Virus record (IMG/VR): IMGVR_UViG_3300021375_000006
DNA: 64,000 nucleotides
DNA from: a virus
Lineage: Duplodnaviria > Caudoviricetes
Reading direction: 5' to 3' (one strand)
How positions within the stretch are numbered: the stretch's first letter is position 1; each line of letters begins with the position of its first letter. A program made the position numbers and the translations under genes. Positions 1 to 9,283 of the stretch are shown here, one piece after another. The notes beneath the pieces are model-generated. The model was not told where the DNA came from, did not search any database, and was given only the letters and a program-made list of their open reading frames with translations.

Positions 1-1628
1 TTATACACTAAGCCGTACCAATTACCATTAACTGGTGGTGTAGCAAATCCATATTCTAAAATTAAATCATTAATATATGCTTTAATAAAAGTTTGATTTA
101 CTGTTATTTTTATACCTTTACCTCCTTGCCATCCATCAAATATAGTTTGCTCTTGGGTAGCAGAAGTCATATTAGGTTTGAACCATGTGGTTATTGCTAA
201 ATTATTAGTATTCGGTAGTTGTGAAAATTTCTTGTATAATAAACATTCAATACCTCGATCTTTTACAGATTCTAAATCATAATGATTTTTTGCAACAATC
301 GTCCACTTGTTTCTAAGTTCTTTATCTGATATAACTAAACCATTATGAATTCTATCTCTAACTCCATCTCCTACCTCAGAGAATACAGTTTGATATTGTG
401 TGGATTTAGTAGTTTTTTCAAATTCATCTTTTTGCTCAGCACCAAATACTTCTTCAACACCGGTATAAAGATCATCTAATTGCTGTTCCATTGCTTGACC
501 CTCAACAGTATCTGTATCTATAATACTTGACGTACGTTCTTCATATTTAGATAACATTAATCTCCAGTAAGTCATGGTCTGATTAAACTCATCAGCAAAA
601 CTTACAGAAGATACTTCATACATTCTATTCATAATTGGAATGTACATATAGTCTCTAGGCCTTGGATGAATACCTGGTCCAAATGCTGCTTCCATTTGAC
701 CTTTTGTAATATGGATTTCAAAATCCTCGAAGCCCATTCCAAAAATATCATATTGGAATTCTCTAGTAGGCATCTCATTATCAGGAACCATAATCTTTAG
801 GTTCCCTTGTTCTTTTACATTATATAGAGAATATTCTTTTAAGATTACATCTCTAGATCTCTGATCAGGTTCAACTCTAAAATACTGAGTATCATGTCCC
901 CACATATTAGCAGATAATTCACTAATCTCTGAATATATCGAAGTAGGTTTACTTAAATTATATGGATCGTAAATAGGGTCTGAACAATCAATTACTACAT
1001 TTGTACAACCTGCTAGATATGGGTCATCACAATCTGTACAAAGTTGTGGACAAGATTGTATTGTACCGTCTGCTGTTTCTAATTCGAAAGTAACTGAAAG
1101 TAAACTTAAACTATGTAAAGATGAAAGTCTATGAACTTCTGCTTTTACATCAATCCAAAGTGGTTTTGTTGGATCAAAAGTCATACCTAGTAAATCTCTT
1201 GGGCCAATACTATTATTCAAAGGCCTTAACTCCGACATCTGTCCACCATCACTAGAAACGCTATCCTGTGACCATCTGAAATCATAGTTAAAATAATTAT
1301 CTGCGTCTGTATATTCATAAAATTTTACAGCACTTGCAGAAAAACTAGCAGATTCTACAGTAGTAATAACATTTCCTTCAACGCTATTAACCTGAAATAT
1401 TTGAGATCCTGCAATAAACAAATTGCCGGGACTTAAATTAAAATTAGTACCAGTACCAATAATTGTCGTACTACCTTGAGTTATTGCTAAAGTACCTACT
1501 GAATTAGGTGAGTTTACACCCACTAAAATATTCCAAGAAAGAATACGATTAACATTCGTATATGGTTCCTGTAATTTAGCGAAGAAATAATCCCCGATAG
1601 CATTCGCTGTAAAATTTGTTACTGCCAT
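1..1628 (-). CDS. Virion structural protein with gp14-like neck/head-closure domain and probable C-terminal LamG-like domain (3' end outside window)
   Basis: Not in ORF track because it has no stop in the window. ATG at 1628, open to the edge. Contains YFRVEPDQRSRDVILKEYSLY...PRPRDYMYIP...YEV, recalling T4 gp14-type neck proteins, then TWFKPN...IFDG...NGNWY (LamG-like). Late promoter motif directly upstream. Confidence 0.5.
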   Translation of the reverse strand, partial: MAVTNFTANAIGDYFFAKLQEPYTNVNRILSWNILVGVNSPNSVGTLAITQGSTTIIGTGTNFNLSPGNLFIAGSQIFQVNSVEGNVITTVESASFSASAVKFYEYTDADNYFNYDFRWSQDSVSSDGGQMSELRPLNNSIGPRDLLGMTFDPTKPLWIDVKAEVHRLSSLHSLSLLSVTFELETADGTIQSCPQLCTDCDDPYLAGCTNVVIDCSDPIYDPYNLSKPTSIYSEISELSANMWGHDTQYFRVEPDQRSRDVILKEYSLYNVKEQGNLKIMVPDNEMPTREFQYDIFGMGFEDFEIHITKGQMEAAFGPGIHPRPRDYMYIPIMNRMYEVSSVSFADEFNQTMTYWRLMLSKYEERTSSIIDTDTVEGQAMEQQLDDLYTGVEEVFGAEQKDEFEKTTKSTQYQTVFSEVGDGVRDRIHNGLVISDKELRNKWTIVAKNHYDLESVKDRGIECLLYKKFSQLPNTNNLAITTWFKPNMTSATQEQTIFDGWQGGKGIKITVNQTFIKAYINDLILEYGFATPPVNGNWYGLVY

Positions 1629-1658
1629 ATTAAAAGAGTCTTAACTCTACTATTTTTA

Positions 1659-2306
1659 TTATATATCTGACTCCCAATCGGTGATTAAAAGCATTTCAGG
1701 ATTATCTTGTTCATGGTGTTCTAATGCGTGAATAAATGCATTAGTTACACCTAAAGTTTCAACTGTATTATTCTCAGATTGAAATAAATCTAAAGACTCT
1801 AAAAAGTCTTTTACTCTAAATATACTAAACTTATCTCCTTCTTTTAAAAGACCAGCTCTTACTAATATAGAATTAGATAAATGTAATTCGTGCATATTAA
1901 ATAGATCAAACATACGAATACTTCCTCGTAGTGTTTTAATATCATATTTAATAGTCTTAGCTTGATCTACTGTTACAATTCTATTATAGCTAGAATTTTT
2001 ATTTAGATTAACTTTAATATATTTTAGGTTTGGCATAGTATCAAAAATCTGCCAAATAAAATAAATTGATGTAGCCTCTTTATGTATGTTTATACCACTA
2101 ACAGATTTGAATCTATTAACATCTTTCTTAAAACCATATTCTAAATATTGGAGCATACGGTTTTTACTAACTAATACTACGTCATCATTAGTTTTTTTTA
2201 CCTCACTATCTCTATTTAATATACCCCATAATTTAATATCTATTGAGTTATATTTGTAAAGAGTAATGTCTATGATCTCTGTAAAATAGTCTTCAACTTT
2301 TTGCAT
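1659..2306 (-). CDS. Hypothetical protein
   Basis: ORF track starts at TTG 2327 inside the upstream gene; ATG at 2306 is more likely. No recognisable motif. Confidence 0.7.
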   Translation of the reverse strand: MQKVEDYFTEIIDITLYKYNSIDIKLWGILNRDSEVKKTNDDVVLVSKNRMLQYLEYGFKKDVNRFKSVSGINIHKEATSIYFIWQIFDTMPNLKYIKVNLNKNSSYNRIVTVDQAKTIKYDIKTLRGSIRMFDLFNMHELHLSNSILVRAGLLKEGDKFSIFRVKDFLESLDLFQSENNTVETLGVTNAFIHALEHHEQDNPEMLLITDWESDI

Positions 2307-2724
2307 AAACTTGTATCTGTTCTTCAATTTTTTTCAAATCAGCGAAAAGATGGTCTTTAGCAAAAAGTTTTAATTCATTAAATTCTCTGCTTCCAATCTC
2401 GTTCTTGTCCATGTACATGGCAACGACCCTTTCACTTGGAATATATTTATCTGCTTTATTTTTAGCAGCCTTTTTGGTTTTAGTATAGAACCAACCTGGA
2501 ACAGATTTGAATCGAGAAGCAACGGTTGCCCAACATTCTACTACATTACCACCATTAATACCATTAATATTAAATAGTTGAGCATTACTAGGATATTTAA
2601 TAGACATAAAACGATTAATCATAAAATGATGTCGCTTCTTTGTGCTATTCTTTAATGTATTATATTGGGCTCTTTTCGTGAACATTATCTTCACGAAGTC
2701 AAATAGTTTAGTTTCGTCTAACAT
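2293..2724 (-). CDS. Possible clamp-loader small subunit (gp62-like)
   Basis: HFMINRFMSIKYPSNAQLFN resembles the gp62 F(I/M)(I/V)NRxLS...N motif. Size and proximity to gp44 fit; weak similarity only. Confidence 0.35.
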   Translation of the reverse strand: MLDETKLFDFVKIMFTKRAQYNTLKNSTKKRHHFMINRFMSIKYPSNAQLFNINGINGGNVVECWATVASRFKSVPGWFYTKTKKAAKNKADKYIPSERVVAMYMDKNEIGSREFNELKLFAKDHLFADLKKIEEQIQVYAKS

Positions 2725-2753
2725 GTTTATTATATGTTAATAAGTGGTAAAGT

Positions 2754-2912
2754 TTACTTACACCACTCGAGGAATGCCATATTATATGCTTCCTCATAAG
2801 AATATCCTTCTTTTAAAAGTTTATTAGCCCATTTAGTAACTTCGGCTTTTAAGCCATAAGCATTGGCTTCAGCTAGAATTTCTTCAATTAATAAATGTTC
2901 ATCTAAAGTCAT
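2754..2912 (-). CDS. Small hypothetical protein (52 aa)
   Basis: Translated by hand: MTLDEHLLIEEILAEANAYGLKAEVTKWANKLLKEGYSYEEAYNMAFLEWCK. Start overlaps the rnh stop (TAATG). Confidence 0.7.
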   Translation of the reverse strand: MTLDEHLLIEEILAEANAYGLKAEVTKWANKLLKEGYSYEEAYNMAFLEWCK

Positions 2913-4177
2913 TAGAATAACTTTTTAGTTGGATCTTTTTTTAATGTCTTCTTAGTCTTTTTACCTACTAACTTCATAGGAGACTTTGGATCTTCTTTTG
3001 GAATATCCATACCTGCGAAAGGGTCTGGTGCAAAGTTAGCTTTCTTAGCTCCTTCTAACCAATCAGTACCTTCTAGTATTTTATCCATCTCCATAATAGA
3101 CTCTTTCGATTCAATTGCTCCTTCCCAATCTCTTTCAATAGCTTCATAGATAGCTTTTTGAATTGGATCTGGGATAGTTTTATTATGCAATAACATTAGA
3201 GCAATATTGGTAGTAAGATTAGTCTTAATTAAAGTAGTATTAGTATGTCCTATTACTCTATAGATAATATCTGATAGAATATCTTTTGCTTCTGATGAAA
3301 ACAAGAAGTCAATTGTAAAGTTGTCGTACTCTTTAATGTATTGTTTCCAGATAGTCTCTGCAGTTTTGTCTGTGATAGAATAGTTTCTAAGTTTACCATT
3401 CTTCATTTCTTTTTGCCATGTAACAACTGACTGGATATTATCTGATTTATCACCTACAAGTATTTTCTTAAAGATAAACTCATCACAGTCAATCTCTTCT
3501 GTTTTAATCTTGTTAGCTTTTATCCAGTCCATAATATCGTTTTGATAATTATCACGCAACATAGACTGACCGCCCATATTGAATAACATATCATCATTTG
3601 AAATTTCTGCAGTAGCTGAAGTAGTCATATCCCTTTCGAAACCTTTATATGCATAAAGTGTTTTCTTAGTATTGTAATACCACAGTGTATGTGCATCGTT
3701 AGTTTGTGAATAGTTAACTAATTGAATTAGATCGCGATCACCTGACCATACAATACATGATTTACCTCTAGCATTTAGAGCGGCTGACCATCCGAAGATA
3801 ACATCATCTGCTTCTGCACCTTGGATCTGGTGTACAGTAACACCCTTGCTTGCTACAATCTTTTGAAATTCTTCATAGACTGCATATACCGATGGCCAGT
3901 CTACAGTTTGGTTTTGCTTTCTTGTACCTTTATAGTCTGATGCTGGAAATAGATCTTTACGCCAAGACTTTGAGTCTACAGCTAATACTACATCATCTAC
4001 AAACATTTTAAGCTTACGCATCTCTGATGCAAAGTCAATAGATAATTTGCGCATAAACTGCGCTCGTTGTTTATCATCAGCAAGTAATTTGCCTTGCTTT
4101 GGTTTCGGTAATACGAATAGTCTACTGAAGACAAAGTAGTTACCGTCGATTAATAGTGTATGTTTTCCCACTTTCAT
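2912..4177 (-). CDS. rnh: 5'-3' exonuclease / RNase H (T4 Rnh, FEN/PIN fold)
   Basis: LLIDGN, AVDSKSWRK...YKGTR, EADD, SGDRDLIQL and GDKSDNI motifs. Confidence 0.9.
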   Translation of the reverse strand: MKVGKHTLLIDGNYFVFSRLFVLPKPKQGKLLADDKQRAQFMRKLSIDFASEMRKLKMFVDDVVLAVDSKSWRKDLFPASDYKGTRKQNQTVDWPSVYAVYEEFQKIVASKGVTVHQIQGAEADDVIFGWSAALNARGKSCIVWSGDRDLIQLVNYSQTNDAHTLWYYNTKKTLYAYKGFERDMTTSATAEISNDDMLFNMGGQSMLRDNYQNDIMDWIKANKIKTEEIDCDEFIFKKILVGDKSDNIQSVVTWQKEMKNGKLRNYSITDKTAETIWKQYIKEYDNFTIDFLFSSEAKDILSDIIYRVIGHTNTTLIKTNLTTNIALMLLHNKTIPDPIQKAIYEAIERDWEGAIESKESIMEMDKILEGTDWLEGAKKANFAPDPFAGMDIPKEDPKSPMKLVGKKTKKTLKKDPTKKLF

Positions 4178-4201
4178 ATCTTATGTTTGTTATGCTTTTC
4201 T

Positions 4202-4230
4202 AGTACTAATATACGAAAAATATCTGACAT
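4202..4230 (-). promoter_or_regulatory. Class I (early-like) promoter ATGTCA-N11-TATATTAGTACT
   Basis: Same motif and spacing at 38103-38131 (-) and 52530-52558 (+); all three are intergenic and just upstream of an ORF. Confidence 0.75.
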
Positions 4231-4253
4231 AGAAAAATTATTTAACACTTTTT

Positions 4254-5210
4254 TTAGCCTTTAATTATTCCTTGTATCTCATAAACACAACTTAACATTG
4301 TGATTACGGGATCTATTACATGAACTCTCTGCTGTTGGTGTTTAGCTACAGAAATAATGATCTGTGGGATATGCTTAACCGATTGCAATTGTTCTTGTTG
4401 TATATATTCTACAAACTCTTCGCCTAACGATTGTAGAATATCATCGACTCTATTAGAATAATTACTAACTAGTAGTTGATAGTTTTTAGCTGGATCTGTC
4501 TCGTTAAAGATTAATTCAAATACATCTTTATAGACTGAGTTAAATCGCTTTACGTCACCAACTGTGATATTATTTGTACCTTGAGTTTTAAACCCTTGTA
4601 GTTTGTTAAGCGTAGATCTAAGATCTGGGAAGTTACGCCTAACAAATTCTACTAGAGCATCTTTCTCAATTGTCATTTCTTCCTGTTTACAAATATCATA
4701 TACTCTACGAATATACTTCTTTGTTAACTCGGTCTCCTCTTCTTTATCAAAGTCAAAGTTAATAACTTCAAATCTAGATAGGATTGGGTCTGGTAATTTA
4801 TTAATATAATTACATGTTGCAATAAATCTTGAGTTACTTGCAAATGTTTCCATTGTTGCACGAAGTGCTTTAAAGAACTGATCTGATACACCATCAACCT
4901 CATCTAGGATAACCACCTTAAACATCCCAGGCTCATCCATAATTGAGACTGTAGAACAAAAATCTGTAATTCTAGTTCTAATTACATCTACAGAGGTATC
5001 TGTGGACGCGTTAATGTACAGATAAGGCAATCCAAACTGATTGACAATGGCTTTTGCAGTAGAGGTCTTACCTGTTCCTGGTGAGCCTGCAAATAGCATA
5101 TTCTGGACTAGTCCGTCTTTGAACTTATTCATTACTGCATCAGGCAGTATTAGTTCTTCTAAATTTTTTGGCCGATACTTTTCGGTAAAGAGTTGGTTTA
5201 TTGATTGCAT
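4254..5210 (-). CDS. Sliding-clamp loader large subunit (gp44/RFC AAA+)
   Basis: EKYRP, GSPGTGKTS Walker A, ILDEVD Walker B, SRF motif. The track start at 5228 overlaps a promoter -10 element, so ATG 5210 is preferred. Confidence 0.95.
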   Translation of the reverse strand: MQSINQLFTEKYRPKNLEELILPDAVMNKFKDGLVQNMLFAGSPGTGKTSTAKAIVNQFGLPYLYINASTDTSVDVIRTRITDFCSTVSIMDEPGMFKVVILDEVDGVSDQFFKALRATMETFASNSRFIATCNYINKLPDPILSRFEVINFDFDKEEETELTKKYIRRVYDICKQEEMTIEKDALVEFVRRNFPDLRSTLNKLQGFKTQGTNNITVGDVKRFNSVYKDVFELIFNETDPAKNYQLLVSNYSNRVDDILQSLGEEFVEYIQQEQLQSVKHIPQIIISVAKHQQQRVHVIDPVITMLSCVYEIQGIIKG

Positions 5211-5226
5211 ACAACTTTGTTTAGTC

Positions 5227-5255
5227 ATTATAGTACCAGATGGCTAAAATGTTTC
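5227..5255 (-). promoter_or_regulatory. Class II (middle-like) promoter GAAACA-N16/17-TATAAY
   Basis: One of ten minus-strand copies: 2729-2756, 5227-5255, 15197-15224, 25025-25052, 27441-27468, 32442-32469, 36506-36533, 37241-37268, 52190-52218, 52440-52467. Confidence 0.75.
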
Positions 5256-5272
5256 ATAGATAAATATACTAT

Positions 5273-5767
5273 ATGAGTATACGAATTGAGAAGACAGGAG
5301 GCCCATGGCCAGCAAACCGATACGGTATTGTTCTAAAGTACTTACCAAGATTCTTAAGAAAGTTTCTAATAACTCACAGGAATCTTGCTAAATGGTCTGA
5401 TGATGACCAATTCATGGAATGTGTTTTAAAGATACAGCGACCGAATTCTAGAACTAATACTAAGATTTATTGGGATATGATAAATGATAGAGCAATAGAT
5501 GAAAAAGGTCTAGAGCGTTCCTATAATACTATTGATTGGTATTGTGCCATCTCACTAAAACCTATTAGGGCTAAGTTTATGAATTTCGATTTAAAGAATT
5601 TCATACACCCTGAATATTACGATGTCTTAGAAGCGCCAATGGTGGATAGTCGTATACTTAAATCATCAGTTGACTTTCGCAAGAAATGCAAAAAACTCCT
5701 GCTCGCAGAACGAGAGGAGTTTCTTAAACTTGCTAAAAAGAACTCTAAGTCTAATTTATCTACTTAG
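5273..5767 (+). CDS. Hypothetical protein on the opposite strand
   Basis: 164 aa ORF filling the gap between minus-strand genes; GATAAATATA just upstream. Confidence 0.7.
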   Translation: MSIRIEKTGGPWPANRYGIVLKYLPRFLRKFLITHRNLAKWSDDDQFMECVLKIQRPNSRTNTKIYWDMINDRAIDEKGLERSYNTIDWYCAISLKPIRAKFMNFDLKNFIHPEYYDVLEAPMVDSRILKSSVDFRKKCKKLLLAEREEFLKLAKKNSKSNLST

Positions 5768-7684
5768 AATTATTTTCATTTTATCAGCAATTGACATTGA
5801 CTCATGCAATTCAATTTTCTGATTTATACCTAAGTCTTCTTTTAAAGATTCCCAAGTTAATTCTTTAGATTCGTTCTTGGCTTTTTGTTTTTTCTTAATT
5901 TCATCAAATTCTCCATTCTTAACTGCTTTTAAATCTTTTGCAGCCTGGTCTACCTCCTTTTGATCTTGAGGAATCTCTTTGTCTTTTAATTCCTTCTCTC
6001 TATTTTTAAGATCTTCTTTTTTCTTTTTCAGATCTTCAATTTCATCTTTTGCAACTTGTACTGCAGCTTCTTGGTCAGAAGATTTAGCCTCTTCGACTTC
6101 TTGAGAACCCTTCGCTTCTTGATAATTTAATTTTGCATTTTTAACATCTGATTGTGCATCTTTAATTTCAGCTTCGTCTCCACTAAGTTCAGCTTTAGTT
6201 AATTTAGCTTGTGCAATTTCTAATTTTTTTGACATAACGTCAGGATGTGATCTTGAATTTAATTTATTCATTAAAGGAACTAGTTCATCTTCTAATTTCT
6301 TAATTTGATCGTCTACGTTTTTAATATCTTTTGCACTAGGTGGATCGGAAGCCGCGGCAATGTCTTCTGCTTTTGCAATATCACCATCAACCTTGTTAAT
6401 TGCATCAGGTATTTCTTCTAATTCATCCTTGTCATCTTGTAATTCCTTTTGAGCAGAAGCTAATTTATCTTGAGCCTTTTTAAGTTCTGGATTTTTAGGT
6501 TTTTCTTCTTTTCCATCATCTTTCATTAACGGATTCTCCGTTGTATCAGATTTACCATCTTCAGTACTACCAGCTTTAGAATCTTTCTTTTCGTAATCTT
6601 CACCCTTTAATGCAGCTCTTTGAGCTTTTAACTCTTCTAGGTAATCTTCTAAGTAGTAAATACCTTCTTGTGTTTTATCTTCTTGTTGTTTCGCTGCCGC
6701 TAAGTCTGCCTCTAATTTACTTTTTTCTTCCGGAGTTGCGTCTGCTAAATCTTTCTTAATATCAGTAATTTTAGATTGTACAGGTGCAAGATCCTCATCC
6801 TTTTCTCTATCAATTTCAGTTTGAATTTTCTTAATATCCTCTTCTAACTTAGGATCGACATCTTTTGAAAGCTCTTTAATAGCTTCATCTGCCTCTTTAG
6901 ACTTGGCTCCCATTTTCTTAAGCTCATCAGCAGCCTCTTTTGCAGCATCTGATTTACCCTTTTCTTTTGCAATTCTACCCTTTTCTCTTAGGCCTTCTAG
7001 CTTTACTTCGTTAACAATTTTCTTTTTAGTATTAGCATAAAGATCTCCTTCGCTACCACTTGGCATATTCTCCTCATACTTCTTTAGGTCGTCATTAGCC
7101 TCTTCTAAAGCTTGTTTTGCTTTCTCTTTTACCTCTTCGAATTTTTCACTAAGATCTGACTTCTTCTCTTTAAGTGCTTTAATTGTGGCAATTGCTTTTT
7201 GTTTGATTGCATCCTTTTTAGGACCAGCAGCTTCATCCCTAGCACGCTTCATTTTATCAATAGAAGCTTCTATTTTTTTTAATGCATCATATTCTTTAGC
7301 AGCAATAATATCTGCATTAGAAGTAGAAAGTAAATCTTTATATTTACCTTTTAATAGAGCTATACCCTTTACGAAGTTGGCCTGTTTCTTAACCCATCCT
7401 AAGATTGCCTCTAGACTTTCGTTTAGTGGTCTATTTTCTTGAAAAAAAAAATCTTTATTTACAGTCTCTGTTATTTGCTTTGATAGTGTTTCTAAATTAG
7501 TTAGAATTTTATCCACATCTGCAATAATTTCTGCTCGAACCTTATCTCCTGTAGATTTAACAGTTTTATCAACTGATATAGAAGATGTATTGGTATTACC
7601 TAAGGGTGCAACATTTTGGCCTGGGTTTGAAACCTCACCTGCAGCAAACTCTTCAAATAATTTTACTTTATTGGTTTTAATCAT
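5756..7684 (-). CDS. Long K/E/D/A-rich coiled-coil protein with N-terminal FEEF motif; putative internal head protein
   Basis: MIKTNKVKLFEEFAAGE, PLNE site, highly charged helical body, late promoter at 7712-7721. Confidence 0.55.
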   Translation of the reverse strand: MIKTNKVKLFEEFAAGEVSNPGQNVAPLGNTNTSSISVDKTVKSTGDKVRAEIIADVDKILTNLETLSKQITETVNKDFFFQENRPLNESLEAILGWVKKQANFVKGIALLKGKYKDLLSTSNADIIAAKEYDALKKIEASIDKMKRARDEAAGPKKDAIKQKAIATIKALKEKKSDLSEKFEEVKEKAKQALEEANDDLKKYEENMPSGSEGDLYANTKKKIVNEVKLEGLREKGRIAKEKGKSDAAKEAADELKKMGAKSKEADEAIKELSKDVDPKLEEDIKKIQTEIDREKDEDLAPVQSKITDIKKDLADATPEEKSKLEADLAAAKQQEDKTQEGIYYLEDYLEELKAQRAALKGEDYEKKDSKAGSTEDGKSDTTENPLMKDDGKEEKPKNPELKKAQDKLASAQKELQDDKDELEEIPDAINKVDGDIAKAEDIAAASDPPSAKDIKNVDDQIKKLEDELVPLMNKLNSRSHPDVMSKKLEIAQAKLTKAELSGDEAEIKDAQSDVKNAKLNYQEAKGSQEVEEAKSSDQEAAVQVAKDEIEDLKKKKEDLKNREKELKDKEIPQDQKEVDQAAKDLKAVKNGEFDEIKKKQKAKNESKELTWESLKEDLGINQKIELHESMSIADKMKIILSR

Positions 7685-7738
7685 TTTTCAATATATGTGT
7701 TTGTCTATGTTTTATATATCTGGATGATTTTGCATAAA

Positions 7739-7763
7739 AAAAGCCCCTCGATGAGGGGCTTTT
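7739..7763. terminator. Intrinsic terminator downstream of the major capsid gene
   Basis: AAAAGCCCCTC-GAT-GAGGGGCTTTT perfect stem with A/T tracts. Confidence 0.9.
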
Positions 7764-7790
7764 ATATTAAATTACTAATTGCTATTTAGA

Positions 7791-9176
7791 TTATAGTCTA
7801 AAACCTGCAACAGTAAATTTCTCGTATTGAGTTTGTGGGTGGAATCCAGCTTCAACTAATGCGTATCTAGATTTTACAGCTACTTTTGGAGCCATAGTAC
7901 CTTCAACGATAGCCTGTACTGATTCAGCCATTAAGTAAGGCATGAATACAAGACCTGGACCGTTACCGTCACCTTTTCTACCAACTAATACTTCACCAGA
8001 AGCGAAGTCAACTGAAGGGTCAGTATAGATGTTAATACCTGCTACAGAACCTAAAGGATAGATTGAACCTGCAACTTGGTTAACAGTGTTAGCCATTGGG
8101 TAAGCAACGAAACCTGCTACAGATTGTAAAGCAGATGCCATTTTACCACCTACAACAGCGAAGTTACCTGCACCTCTTCTACCACTTTGCGCGATTAAGT
8201 TCGCAGCAGCAAGGATTGAAGTTAAGATAGCTCTGTGTTGGTCAGCGATAGTTTCACCACCAGTTAAAGCACCAGCAGCAGGAATAGTAAATCCTAAACC
8301 GTTAGTAGTACCAGCGATAGATCTCATCTTAGTTAAGATGTGATTGTTGATAGACTGAGTTAATTCGTTAGTTAAAACTGCTTCTACTTGAGCAACAGCG
8401 TCAACACCGAATTGTTTAAGGTCTTGTACTTGCTCTCTAGTTACAGCAGCAGCTACTTGGAAAGTCTCTGCAGAAACTGATTTAGAGAATAAGCTTAAGC
8501 CCATTACTTTGTCTGGAGTTTGTTCCCCAACACCTCTATCGAAAGGAGCACCAGCATCGTTAGCACCAGAGAAACCAGGAATATGGTCTTCTAAAGCTTT
8601 TACTAATTCAGCACCATCATATCTAACTGAAATACTAGTTTCAGCTGGATCTGCAGTCGCATCTAATGCATCAACAATTCTGATGATTGATTTTCCGTCA
8701 ATTCTAGAAGTTCCAACTTTTACGTCGTTACCTGCAGCTACAGAATCTTTATCACCAAACTTGATGTAAGTTGGAGTTGTTGAACCAGCAGTCTTACCAC
8801 CTTCGTATACGAAGTCTAAGTAAGAAAGTAATCCCATTGGTCCAGCCATAGGTACAACAGGTACTAGGTCTAAACCGATTGTTTGAGCAGCAACTTGCAT
8901 TGCTAAAGGTAATAACGTTGGTGATTTGTCACCTGAACCGTCTGCACCTGCACCACCTTGGGCAGTATTGTTACCTCCTGGGTAGCTTGTTGCTCCCATA
9001 CCAAAGATGTTACCAGCAGTGCCTAAGGCCATGATGTTTGCATCTTCATAAAGCTTGTGATTGTGGCAGTATTCTGACATCCAAGCTAGTTTTGAGCTTT
9101 CGTTAATTCCAGTTGCTTCTTCGATAATCGGAGACCAAGTGTTTCTAACTTCAGCTTCATTAATTAAATTTGCCAT
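7791..9176 (-). CDS. Major capsid protein (T4 gp23-like)
   Basis: VVPMAGPMGLLSYLDFVY, AQVEAVLTNELTQSINNHIL, GRRGAGNFAVV, YMAE...TMAPKVAVKSRYALV. Confidence 0.97.
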   Translation of the reverse strand: MANLINEAEVRNTWSPIIEEATGINESSKLAWMSEYCHNHKLYEDANIMALGTAGNIFGMGATSYPGGNNTAQGGAGADGSGDKSPTLLPLAMQVAAQTIGLDLVPVVPMAGPMGLLSYLDFVYEGGKTAGSTTPTYIKFGDKDSVAAGNDVKVGTSRIDGKSIIRIVDALDATADPAETSISVRYDGAELVKALEDHIPGFSGANDAGAPFDRGVGEQTPDKVMGLSLFSKSVSAETFQVAAAVTREQVQDLKQFGVDAVAQVEAVLTNELTQSINNHILTKMRSIAGTTNGLGFTIPAAGALTGGETIADQHRAILTSILAAANLIAQSGRRGAGNFAVVGGKMASALQSVAGFVAYPMANTVNQVAGSIYPLGSVAGINIYTDPSVDFASGEVLVGRKGDGNGPGLVFMPYLMAESVQAIVEGTMAPKVAVKSRYALVEAGFHPQTQYEKFTVAGFRL

Positions 9177-9212
9177 TTTGTTAAATTATTTTTTTAATGG
9201 TTTTGTTTAAGC

Positions 9213-9269
9213 GTTCATTTCTGAACTCGACTTGCTTGGAGTTTCTGCTTCTTACTCCTTTATCGTCGA
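9213..9269 (-). other. Structured 5' leader of the major capsid mRNA
   Basis: Nested TCGAC/GTCGA and GGAGT/ACTCC stems followed by a GTTCA-GAAA-TGAAC GNRA hairpin, between the late promoter (9274-9283) and the ATG. Confidence 0.55.
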
Positions 9270-9273
9270 TTAA

Positions 9274-9283
9274 TTATATATCT
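9274..9283 (-). promoter_or_regulatory. Class III (late-like) promoter (A/T/G)GATATATAA
   Basis: Copies at 1659, 7712, 9274, 11667, 12066, 13712, 16479 (variant), 17541, 18444, 30521, 48004, 52441, 55463 (variant) on - and 53089 on +; mostly upstream of structural genes. Confidence 0.8.

Noticed and set aside
2912-5228. Eukaryotic giant-virus or archaeal origin suggested by FEN-like, RFC-like and PolB genes
   Set aside because: T4-type capsid, portal, gp21, gp2, gp4, gp55, gp32 and UvsW genes identify a tailed bacteriophage.
5211-5228. ORF-track start MTKQSC for the clamp loader
   Set aside because: That ATG overlaps the TATAAT box of the class II promoter, so the downstream ATG at 5210 is more plausible.
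7442-7451. A10 homopolymer as a phase-variation or frameshift site
   Set aside because: The ORF is in frame, no alternative frame continues, and such runs are expected at this AT content.
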